Assembly: GCF_031769215.1 (NCBI RefSeq)
Contig: NW_026782699.1
Location: 124,001 to 188,000, forward strand
Direction: 5' to 3'
DNA from: Ylistrum balloti
Taxonomy: Eukaryota
DNA: 64,000 bases
The translations under genes and the position numbers were made by a program. Each line of letters begins with the position of its first letter. Positions within the stretch are counted from its first letter, which is position 1. Positions 1 to 11,500 of this stretch are shown here, one piece after another. The notes beneath the pieces are model-generated. The model searched no databases. It worked only from the letters and a program-made list of their open reading frames with translations, and was not told where the DNA came from.

Positions 1-69
1 TGGGACTTTATTCAGTCCTCCACATAAGGAGTGTTATTATGTAAAGTTAACTTGACAGTATTGAGTTAC

Positions 70-2865
70 CGTTTCTTCCACGATGTTTCCCTTGATGACC
101 GTAGCCTTGAGTTTACCAATTGTAGTAAATCTAGGGGACCTTCTACGTCTTCTTTGTTGAGTAGTAGGTTCTTCTTCATCATCTTCTTCATCTGTATCGT
201 TTGATGTGCTGTAGCGTGAAGGACGAGCCATGTGATAAAATCTTGACAGTGGAGGTACATCTTCCTCTTTAGAGAAAATTAAAAATTTACCATAAGGTGT
301 TATAGTAACTCTTCCCAAAGTTATAAATTTATAAATTTATAAATTTTGTTATATTGTTAATAAAATTATTGATCCTATTTTCCTCTTTGGGTTATTTTTG
401 ATGACAGACAGGCCAAGTTATTGTTCCTTATGACGAAAAATCTATTTTGCAGATACTAAAATTTTTGTATGTGGACTGTGAAAGCTTGAGTATGCTGACA
501 TTATCTACACAGTACAGCTATAGGTGTGGTCAGATTTCACTTTCTTGTCATTTGTAATCACAAAAATACAAGATACTTCAAAATAAATCAGAGAAGCCTG
601 CCATTAACTTATATTGAAACATGAGCTAATCGTGTTCCATCTGAGATTACATATATATAACTTAAACAATTCCTAAACTTCATAACAATCAATAACAAAC
701 CATTGAAATTTACACCAACACCGGTAATTAGACAATACATAAAAACTACAAGATGATCTAAAAATATATATTCTCAGGGGTTTTTCAATTTTCTTTCCAT
801 GCTAGAGTGTTAGATTATCTTAATTTCAGTGAGTAATTTATTACAATACTGTCAATATCTTTAAACATTTGTTTAAGTTCATAACTGTCAAATTATGGCA
901 CTTTTATACAAAACATGAAAAATTCATTATTTTGGAAATTGAGTACAAAGACATAACAGTAACAAGATACAAATAAATGACTCTGTATATTACATTAACA
1001 TAAATCTACAAGTTGTACACTGAACCAATGTCGCAATCTAGAAAACTTGAAAAATTCACAAATAAACTCCATTAACAGCTTTGAGCAACAAACACTACAT
1101 TACGAAAAAAAACCATTCAATATAAGAATTTTTTTCTTACTACTGCTATGTAATTCAAGGTAATTATCTTTCTTTTTGATACCTGTCAATCTGTGAAGTG
1201 TGGAAATGGCAATTAAGGATATAAGTTCAAAGTTCAACTCTTGTTGAATCTGCCCTTATAAATCTCATGGCAAACATAGGGGGATAAGGCATTATGATGA
1301 AGCATTTCCAGTACTTACACTGAAACAGCAAGACACATGTTATGATTTGTTTGTTTGCTGCCTTAATCACCTTGTCAACTACTATGGTCATTTTAAAGTT
1401 GCCTTTCCCTGTGATAGCTGGTGGCTACCACACTGAACAACATGCAAGAGGCCCACCACATGCCATCCTAGGCAACTGGGGTAAAGTGTCTTTCCCAGAG
1501 GTACAACCACAACAGCAAAGGCCAATCCTCCATCTGACTTTCCCGAGAAACTGGGTAAAATTCAAACTACACATCTTTGATCTTTACTTCAGATTGAAAT
1601 AATTGATTCCCTAAAGACCAAGGTATCACAGCCTGCTGATCCATCTCATGGACATATTGTCATATGAATATAGCACTTTTGCTATTTGGCCCATTCTGTC
1701 CCACCCAAGGGGGCATGAGGTCCACCATTTATACACAACTGATTCCCCTTCACCCAAAGATGCTTCGAACAAAATTGGGACAGAATGCAATCATTCCTAC
1801 AGAAGAAATACTTTAAAGAAATTGCTAAATTTCCATTTTTGGGACCCACTTCTCAGGCCCCCAGATAATCAGACCCAACGTTTATACTAAATTAGTTTGT
1901 CTCCACCAAATGGTGCTTCAGACCAAATTGGAACAGAATAATGAATACTTCTAGGAAAGTAAAAGTATTGTAAAGAATTTGGTCTATTCCCCCTGCATCC
2001 CAGGGCCAGGACCTACTGTTTATACGAAATTGATTCCCCTTCACCCAAGAATGCTTCAGACCAAATTGGGACATACCCCAACATTCCTACAGAAGAATTC
2101 TAAAGAATTTGCTCTACTGTCACTATGGTACAACACCCGTCCTGTCACAATAGGCCCTGACCAACTGTTTTTAAAGAATTGATTCCCCTTCAGAACCAAG
2201 GATACTTTACATGAAAACTGAGACAGAACCCTGACTGATGTGTACCGAGTTTAAGTCTGCTTCAGACTCAGTGATGGCAGACACCGTGTATACAGTTACA
2301 CTCCCACTTTAATACTTAAGCACACAGTCTCATAATAAAGTAGTGCCTATATAACAATACATGTACATAGCGATGTAGGATACCACACTGACATTCTTAC
2401 ATTTTTTTCTAAAGAATTTCTCCCATTTGGCCCTGCTCCTCTGGACCTTGTGTCAGACCCATCTTTTATACAAAGCTGAGTCACCTTTACGCAAGAATGT
2501 TTCATACTAAATCAGGACAGAAACCTGACATCCTAAAGAAAAAGGATCTTGAGGAATTTTCTCTCCCCATCAGGCAACCTCTATTCTGTTAGAGCCACCA
2601 AAACTAAGTTCACTTTCCCTCAGGATACTTCTGACAAAATTTTATCAAAATCCAGTCAGCCATTCATGAATAGTAGGTTAATTGGTGGATAGACAGATGG
2701 TGGACAGTGCATTATGCCACAAGCTCACTTGGTCCTTCAGGCCAAGTGATTTAAAAACTGGTTCAAACTGTCTTTTTACAGCAGAGGAACGCATTATAAG
2801 ATGCGAGTTGATAATATAACATTTGACATACCTTCATCATCAGAGCTTAGGTAGTAGTCCATCAT
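70..2865 (-). CDS. 5' part of a probable third macrodomain (macro-PARP-like) gene, truncated by the left window edge
   Basis: Candidate exons 2865-2832 (MMDYYLSSDDE, phase-1 GT donor) and 266-70 (acidic/Arg-rich linker, then FTTIGKLKATVIKGNIVEET, phase-0 GT donor). The phase pattern and beta1-G-x-I-x-E ending match exon 2 of the two neighbouring macro-PARP genes (IGKTSVTMVTGSIVEQK, LVDSVLIRVVKGSIAKEQ). No catalytic domain lies inside the window. Confidence 0.6.
1595..2760 (+). mobile_element. Degenerate non-autonomous Helentron/pearl-like repeat(s) with internal tandem cores
   Basis: Several copies of GATTCCCCTTCACCCAAG..ATGCTTCAGACCAAATT. The region ends in a GACA/GATG microsatellite plus AAGCTCACTTGGTCCTTCAGGCCAAGTGA near 2690-2755. 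Related copies lie at ~7020-7960 and, inverted, at ~37440-37870. Boundaries approximate. Confidence 0.55.
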
Positions 2866-3712
2866 TGTGTGTTGGTCTAGTCACAGGAGCAACAGATCAC
2901 ATGGTGCAGTACCCAACCCTTCAAATTATTTGTAAACAAAACCATGTAGTTCTATATAGTTTTTGACATAACATCACAGATTAATACATATTTTTATGAT
3001 AAAGTTCAGGTATATGGGATTCCAGGGCTTGACTATGTTGCCTTTCAAACCAAAGCAAGTTTGACCATTTAAACAAAATACAAAGAAAACAATCACCATA
3101 CTGACCAATGTATGGAAGATCATACAAGCCATTTAATGATAAAAAAGGATCAAGATCTGACTACTGACACAAAACTGGCTGTATTCAAATTTACTTTGAG
3201 AATTTCATTATGTATATTACAGTGCATGTAGTGAATCAAATAATACATATGATGCTCAAATGACCTAGTATAGTAAGTGACAGACAATCTGAACAACATT
3301 TGAATTACTTAAAATGGATGTCTCATTTCCTGTGTGTTATATACATCTCATTTCCTGTGTATATACTGAGACTATCTGGTTTGATTTCATTTTCCTCCTA
3401 TAACTGAAACAAGGAAGAAAATGTTGATAAACAGCTTACATTTCTCTGATTTTTAGCATTCTACATAATAATAAATTGATATATTGTAACTTGTACCTAA
3501 CACTGATCAATGAAGTATTCTTTGATTCAGAAAAAAAGTGTCTTTCCTAATAAAATGTATAACTTATTTGTAAAACACCTTCTGGCTTCTAAAGAGAGAG
3601 ATACCTAAATTCAAATACCATAAAATCAGAGCCGTATATAACACTGTGTTATAGATACGTCTCTGATAAAATGAAATATTGTTTGCTGACATTACAACGA
3701 AATAGATTCACT

Positions 3713-3729
3713 ACTTTCATTTTCCATAT
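3713..3729 (-). promoter_or_regulatory. ISRE/IRF-E-like motif (GGAAAATGAAAGT), copy 1
   Basis: The reverse complement reads ATATGGAAAATGAAAGT, matching the IRF consensus GAAANNGAAASY. It lies upstream of the left-edge gene's ATG exon. Function is inferred. Confidence 0.45.
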
Positions 3730-4114
3730 GCATTACCCTGTAAACAAACACTCTTCACAAAGAAATACCTTAGGTTTTCCACTCTTCTGTCTCAGTCTGC
3801 TGTTAACGATGTAAAGACAGCAGTATACCGTGTATATATATATATGGACACGCGGTAGCAAAAGGAAATATCTTAAATCTGGAGAGATTTAAGGATTTCC
3901 CAACTTCCTTGTGTGACTTGATCAAAGCATTGGAGTTATCGCTCCTGTCGAACACTAATTAGGTCGCATCACTTCCGGCAACACTGTGTGCATTATGAAT
4001 TTTGGGAGAAACCCCATTGAAGTTATCGATATTTTCATACTTTCAACTAAAAAGTTTTAAACGTGTGTCCTACACGAAATGTATTTTGTGAAGGCAGTTA
4101 ATAGTGTATAAAAT

Positions 4115-4131
4115 ATATGGAAAATGAAAGT
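4115..4131 (+). promoter_or_regulatory. ISRE/IRF-E-like motif (GGAAAATGAAAGT), copy 2
   Basis: ATATGGAAAATGAAAGT, a perfect 17-bp inverted repeat of 3713-3729. kB-like sites (AGGATTTCCC 3892-3901, GGGAGAAACCCC 4004-4015) and an ETS-like site (CACTTCCGG 3970-3978) lie between the two copies. Confidence 0.45.
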
Positions 4132-4269
4132 TAAATTGTTAATCTGTAGTTGTATGAAACTTAAAATAGTTTACTAGCTTCTCTCAGTAGGTCAGAATCT
4201 CAAGCCAAATCGTTTTTTTCCCACGACAACAGGTGATTTTCTTAACATAGACAAGTACTAGTTACAGGG

Positions 4270-5760
4270 TTGTTGTTTTTTTTATTCCAAATGCAATACA
4301 GCATATCGGATACAAATATACATAATAAATTGTGTCAAATTCTTAAGTATGGCGGAGGACAATTCTATTCGAAGACATAATTATGTACAGACGTTTCATT
4401 CATTACAGCATGACAGAAATACTGTAGCAAATATTCGAAAACAAACAACATAGCAATAAACATGACGTTGTGAAATTTGGTAACACAAGTGCAATACCAC
4501 TACAGAAACTAAATTATCCAAAAATACACGAAGGGTTGATTTAAAGTATTTTTTCAGTATGTAATTCACGAAAATTAAAAGTCTATTACATTTAATCCAA
4601 CAACAGTAATTTTTCAGAAACTATTCCAACATGATAACAATTATTGACCGAGGAGAGTTTTTCTTTTAGTTGTAGCATGCAAAAGATATTTACCAAGTTT
4701 GTTTAAAACCTTCACACTTTTACAGGAAAATGATTGTATTAGTTTATAGACACTTGGATGGCGATAATAGTACTTTTTAATGTATCTACTTCTTAAATCA
4801 GAATATGTAGGACAAAGTAGTACAAAATGTATTTTATCCTCGATATCGTTTTGATCACAAACTGTACAAATTCTCTTACTTCTCGGAATGTTATTGTAAC
4901 GACCTGATTCAATGTTAAGATTGTGTCCTTGGATGCGAAATTGACTCAGTAATTGTTTTAATCTAACATTAATGGGCTTACTAAGGCAAAACTGAATACC
5001 AAATATATCCACAAGATGTTTGTACAGATAACATTTGGAAGATACATCAAAAGCATTGCGTAACTCTTGAAAAAATACGTCATGCACACGTTGTGTGTAC
5101 ATTTGCAAAAAAATATTCTCATTAAATACATTTTAGTTTAACCAGATATGATTAAATCCCAAATTACATAGTTCATGTTTAATTTGATAAACCCAATTAA
5201 ATTTACGATGAGGTTTTCTGACATTCAATTCAACTAAAGCATTGTAACAAGATTTCAAGACACAGTTGATAGTATTTAAAATTTCCAACCAATATTTCAT
5301 TATAGCTATCTTTCGTTGCACATATAAAGAATATCTCCCAGTTTCAAAGTAAACCATCGAAGTATTCACAGTTTTGTGGCGATGATGTAATATAACCCCA
5401 TACTTCACATCCATAATTCAATATACATGAAATATATGTCTCGAATAATGAAATTTTTGTTCCCGTATTAAGGGTAAAATATTTCATTTTCCTTTTTAAA
5501 TGGTAAAATGCTTTTCTTCCTTGAGATGCTAATGTACCTTGTGCAACAGTAAATCTTCCATTATAATCAAAAACTAAACCAAGATAACAAAATTTATCAA
5601 CTATTTCGATAGATTTACCATTAAAAGTCCAACTTTCAAAAGGCAAAAGTCGTTTTCCTTTTCTAAAGACAACAATCTCTGTTTTGTCTGTATTGACATT
5701 TAAATTCCATTTTTCAGTGTACGAGTCAAGTTAACCATCATTTCAAAAAGGATTGAACAC
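4270..5760 (-). mobile_element. 5'-truncated, frameshifted non-LTR retrotransposon (LINE) ORF2 3' end
   Basis: Three frameshifted ORFs: 5646-5344 (IEIVDKFCYLG...ILNYGCEVWG, RT thumb), 5414-5133 (ETGRYSL) and 5108-4641 (FRIQGHNLNIESGRY..RICTVC..IEDKIHFVLLCPTY, C-terminal Cys/His motif). An AATAAA with an A-rich/ACA tail lies at ~4270-4290. Clade not resolved. Confidence 0.85.
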
Positions 5761-7019
5761 TAGTGAATCATGATAGCGCCTTTCATTTCCTTTTTTTTTT
5801 TTTTTTTTCTTCATTTTCCAACATATGTCGAATTCATTATGTACAGGTGCAATTACAGTCTATATTTTATACTGTTTTGGTGGTTTGCAGCCATCTTATA
5901 TGTATAGATAGATATAATATTTTGCCAGTGATAGTCGATTTCAATTTCTACTAGACTCAATCGTCCCTTACAAGCGTACACACAGTATGTCTTCTGTGTT
6001 CATGCTAATACCGTTACGTGAATTTCGGCCATCTGTCTGCCTGTCCGATGTTATCCTGCTTCAGTTTCCGTCGATAACTTAGCTAAATGAGAATATACTT
6101 CAATAAAACTTAGTTCAAGGTGTATCTTACCATTTTGAGACTTAGTTTGACTATTGAATATAATTAGAGTTCACCTTTGATTAACCAATTGATTTCCGTC
6201 TATTTTCTTAGCTATATGTGAATGGATTTCGCGGATCGATTTTGCTTTGCTGATCACGTGTCTTGTATCCTATATTTATTCTTGATTAACAAAGTTCACT
6301 TCTGACTGACCCATCACTTTTTGTGCAACAATTTTTCTACGTGTTATTTGATTTCAAGGGAATGTTGTTTACAGATGCTTTGTAATATCCTTTAGCCAGA
6401 CTATTAGTTGCTTAACGAATCCGCACAACTGCTTCTTAATATTTGACAGTTTACCCGAATAATAATAACACAAAGTTCATGGTAAGTATAAACTTATTTC
6501 TTACATAATTTGCTTGTGTTTACAAACACGAACAAGTAACTATACATTGTACTGAAGTCGAGAACCATCGCACGCCTCATTACCATTTTAAAATGAATCA
6601 CACCAACACATTACCAGGAAATTTTTACATTTGACAAAGAACAGAAATAAAATGTTTTCTATTTGGTAGCATTATCCCTAATCATTTAAGTATTGTAGAT
6701 TTTATTTTCCTGCAACAACAGACTGATGAATAAATTACAGCGCTATCACACTGAAATGCCGTTACTATATCATAACACCCCAACTGGGCACACTATCATG
6801 GCAATACAGTGCTCCATGTAGCTTGTCCTTGCTGTTATTTTAAAGAACCAATTCTTAAGACTTTTAGTTTGTCACAGTTTTGGGGAGAGGACTCGTAACC
6901 TATCTCGTTTGGGTAACTGCACAACACTAAGTCAAAAATAGCCTCATTATTCTAACGACTTATACACTCTAGATTAGTATGAAGCAAGACACCAACAAAC
7001 CTAGGTTTGTTTGGTTACA

Positions 7020-7960
7020 ATTGCTTTGTCCATGATATTGGAGAAAGATGTCAAAAGTTGACCTTTATTTGACCCTTCCATCTTCCCGGAAGGGGTCACA
7101 TCACAATTATGTGAAATGAACCCCTCCATCAAATAATGCCCCAAAGAAGAAGAATGTATGTTTTTCCTACTTGGTAGTGCCCCCCCCCCCCCACCCCTTC
7201 TCTCACTGAGGGGGTCAGAACAACCGTTTATACAAAATACAATTTCCATGAAAACTCTATAAATGTGCCTATTTTTGGTCAAAATACCTTCATCTCAACA
7301 GAAAAGACACTGTCTTCTTGGCTTTTCCCTCTGTTCTGATTAGGGAGTCAGACCCTCCACTTATACAAAAGTCCTCTTCACATAGGTTGTATCTGACCAA
7401 ATTCCTACAGAAAAAGTGGGATACTAGTGTAAAAGATATTCCCATATTTCTACTAACTGGCCATGTCCTTATGCCCTCAGAGCTTAGACACACCATTCAT
7501 ATAAAGTTATTTATTTCCCTTCACACAAAGATGCTTCAGACCAACTTTGAACAAAACCTTGTTATTTCTACAGAAGAAAAAGAATTTTATATGTACTAAT
7601 TTTCCCTTATTGGGCCCCATTCCTCAAGTCCCTTGGAGGTAAGACCTATCATTTATGAAAATGCATTTTCTCTTTTTCCTATTCTCATCCCACCCCTCTG
7701 ATCTTAAGGGGTCCGATAGATCATTTATACATAAGTGAATCCCCTAAGTTCAAAGATGCTTAAAATCAAATTTGGTTGAAATATCTTTATCCCAACAGAG
7801 GAAGAAAGATATTGTATTTTTACTCGGCCCCTCTGCCCCTATGGGAGTCAGACCCACTCTTTGTACAAAACTGAGCTTCAGAGCAAATGTGGTGGTGGGG
7901 GGTGGGAGGGGGGGGGTCGGTATCCTATCATCCTTACAGAAGAAGAAAGATTTTTAATAA
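7020..7960. mobile_element. Degenerate copy of the repeat family seen at 1595-2760
   Basis: Contains TTCCCTTCACACAAAGATGCTTCAGACCAACTTTG, GGGTCAGACC and TTTCTACAGAAGAA motifs plus poly-C/G tracts. Boundaries approximate. Confidence 0.5.
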
Positions 7961-7982
7961 CATGCTAACTTATATATTTGAT

Positions 7983-8537
7983 ATATTCTAGGTAGGTACG
8001 ACACTGGCTGTATTGTCTAAGTGTATGCTATAACATATTCTAGGTAGGTACAACACTGGCTGTATTGTCTAAGTGTATGTTATGATATATTCTAGGTAGG
8101 TACGACACTGGCTGTATTGTCAAAGTGTATGCTATGACATATTCTAGGTAGGTACAACACTGGCTGTGTTTTCTATTCCCAGGTGTATGCTATGACATAT
8201 TCTAGGTAGGGATGACACTGACTGTATTGTCTAAGTGTATGTTATGACATATTCTAGGTAGGTACGACACTGGCTGTATTGTCTAAGTGTATGTTATGAT
8301 ATATTCTAGGTAGGTACGACACTGGCTGTATTGTCAAAGTGTATGCTATGACATATTCTAGGTAGGTACAACACTGGCTGTGTTTTCTATTCCCAGGTGT
8401 ATGCTATGATATATTCTAGGTAGGTACAACACTGGCAGTATTTTCTAAGTGTATGTTATGATATATTCTAGGTAGATACAACACTGGCTGTATTGTCTAC
8501 CCTATATCCTGGTATATGTTATGACATATTCTGGGTA
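7983..8537. repeat. 52-bp minisatellite, ~10 copies, overlapping the stop codon and 3'UTR of macro-PARP gene A
   Basis: Unit ATATTCTAGGTAGGTACGACACTGGCTGTATTGTCTAAGTGTATGCTATGAC, with starts at 7983 and 8035 (period 52). A few units are longer variants. Confidence 0.95.
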
Positions 8538-11500
8538 GCTCTGATGCTGGCTGTACAATACAAATTCCCGAAACAGCCAGGTGCCATCCCCCAGCACACT
8601 GTCACAGCGTTCCAGGTCACTATGGCTGCAGGTATCACTGTTGCAGTTTACTATAAAACATGGTGGCCTCTTCAGAGTGTTTGCAGTCTGAGACAACAGA
8701 CATATTCGGCCCAGACAAACTCTTGTTAACAACATGGTCTTCTCATCCTGGTTTCTGTTACCTTTAGCATCTAAAATGACAACAAGCTTACAGTTAGTGT
8801 TGCATGCAACACATGTCCCCTGTCGTAAATTACTGTATTTATCAGCAAATAAGCCCATGTCTGCTAATAAGCCCACCAATGTTCTGTTGTAAAGCAAATG
8901 GCAGCAAATGCTACTTAACTGTTTGCAAGAAGCTAACCCTTTACTATGGATACGAGTTTGAATGTTGGCCCCATGATCTAATTGCAGTATAAATACATTA
9001 TTTTTTAAAGTAATGCAGAACTTGTTCTGTACCAGAAGTGTCTTGTTTTATTATTTATAAGCTTCCAGTGTATCAAGTTTCAACCAAATCCATCAATCCG
9101 TTCTCAAATTATTGTCTGAAAACTAAATTGTGACAAGATTCTATTTTTAGTAACAGTGACCTTTGTAGTTGATCTTTTGACCCCAAACAAAATCCCACAC
9201 TATATTGCCTTATAAACTACCATTGTATGGAGTTACATCCAAATCCATTAATCCATTCTCAAGTTATTGTTTGGAAACTAAAATGTGACAACAATTTCTA
9301 TTTTTAGTAACAGTGACCTTTGTAGTTGATCTTTTGACCCCAAACAAAATCTCACACTATATTGCCCTATAAACTACCATTGTATGAAGTTTGATCCAAA
9401 TCCATCGATTTGTTCTCAAGTTATCGTCTGGAAACCAACATCCGGACAGGCAGACAGACGGACGGACAGACAGAGACAAACACTATAGTCCCCTCCGGTT
9501 TCAACGGCAGGGGACTAATAAACTTTCTGTAAGATGGATATCTAGACATGGTAGGTGTGGTCACAGATAAACACACAGTCACTACAGACATCTAGATATG
9601 GTAGGTATGGTCACAGATAAACACACAGTCATCTAGACATGGTAGGTATGGTCACAGATAAACACACAGTCACTACAGACATCTAGACATGTTAGGTATG
9701 GTCACAGATAAACACACAGTCACTACAGACATCTAGACATGGTAGGTATGGTCACAGATAAACACACAGTCACCTAGACATGGTAGGTATGGTCACAGAT
9801 AAACACACATTCATCTAGACATGGTAGGTATGGTCACAGATAAACACACATTCATCTAGACATGGTAGGTATGGTCACAGATAAACACACAGTCACTACA
9901 GTCATCTAGACATGGTAGGTATGGTCACAGATAAACACACAGTCACTACAGACATCTAGACATGGTAGGTATGGTCACAGATAAACACACAGTCACCTAG
10001 ACATGGTAGGTATGGTCACAGATAAACACACATTCATCTAGACATGGTAGGTATGGTCACAGATAAACACACATTCATCTAGACATGGTAGGTATGGTCA
10101 CAGATAAACACACAGTCACTACAGTCATCTAGACATGGTAGGTATGGTCACAGATAAACACACAGTCACTACAGACATCTAGACATGGTAGGTATGGTCA
10201 CAGATAAACACAAAGTCACTACAGACATCTAGACATGGTAGGTATGGTCACAGATAAACACAGTCACTACAGACATCTAGACATGGTAGGTATGGTCACA
10301 GATAAACACAGTCACTACAGACATCTAGACATGGTAGGTATGGTCACAGATAAACACACAGTCACTACAGACATCTAGACATGGTAGGTATGGTCACAGA
10401 TAAACACACAGTCATCCAGACATGTTAGGTATGGTCACAGATAAACACAGTCACTACAGACATCTAGACATGGTAGGTATGGTCACAGATAAACACACAG
10501 TCACTACAGACATCTAGACATGGTAGGTATGGTCACAGATAAACACACAGTCACCTAGACATGGTAGGTATGGTCACAGATAAACACACAGTCACTACGG
10601 ACATCTAGACACGGTAGGTATGGTCACAGATAAACACACAGACATCTAGACATGGTAGGTATGGTCACAGATAAACACACAGTCACAACAGACATCTAGA
10701 CAAGGTAGGTATGGTAAAAGAGAAACACACAGTCACTACAGACATCTAGACATGGTAGGTATGGTCACAGATAAACACACAGACATCTAGACATGGTAGG
10801 TATGGTCACAGATAAACACACAGTCACTACAGACATCTAGACATGGTAGGTATGGTCACAGATAAACACACAGACATCTAGACATGGTAGGTATGGTCAC
10901 AGATGAACACACAGTCACTACAGACATCTAGACATGGTAGGTATGGTCACAGATAAACACACAGTCACTATAGACATCTAGACACGGTAGGTATGGTCAC
11001 AGATAAACACACAGACATCTAGACATGGTAGGTATGGTCACAGATAAACACACAGTCACTACAGACATCTAGACATGGTAGGTATGGTCACAGATAAACA
11101 CACAGACATCTAGACATGGTAGGTATGGTCACAGATAAACACACAGACATCTAGACATGGTAGGTATGGTCACAGATAAACACACAGTCACTACAGACAT
11201 CTAGACACGGTAGGTATGGTCACAGATAAACACACAGACATCTAGACATGGTAGGTATGGTCACAGATAAACACACAGTCACTACAGACATCTAGACATG
11301 GTAGGTATGGTCACAGATAAACACACAGTCACTACAAACATCTAGACATGGTAGGTATGGTCACAGATAAACACACAGTCACTACAGACATCTAGAGTTA
11401 AAGCAATCAAGTAATTGACCTTACCAGCATATTGGTCGGCCTTTGTGGAACTCTCTGCCAGATACATTCCTTGACCAAACATGGCTTTCTCTCCAGACAT

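Noticed and set aside
1342-2182. Several short ORFs in this interval
   Set aside because: They overlap degenerate non-autonomous repeats and show no recognisable protein features.
6440-6495. Possible plus-strand first exon ending ATG|gtaagt at ~6478-6487
   Set aside because: I found no downstream exons or product, and a lone donor is insufficient. A non-coding or antisense transcript cannot be excluded.
8771-8897. N-terminal part of track ORF 8502-8897
   Set aside because: Intronic. The acceptor at 8771-8772 joins in phase to the upstream PARP exon.
9535-11396. Regular repeat array as a possible CRISPR
   Set aside because: The units are contiguous with no unique spacers, there are no cas genes, and the context is a eukaryotic intron. 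The same applies to the arrays at 7983, 40585, 45140 and 61925.
11342-11424. C-terminal tail of track ORF 11342-12052 (GKVNYLIAL...DHTYHV)
   Set aside because: Read-through past the GT donor at 11424 into the intron and minisatellite. The real frame continues in exon 8770-8502.
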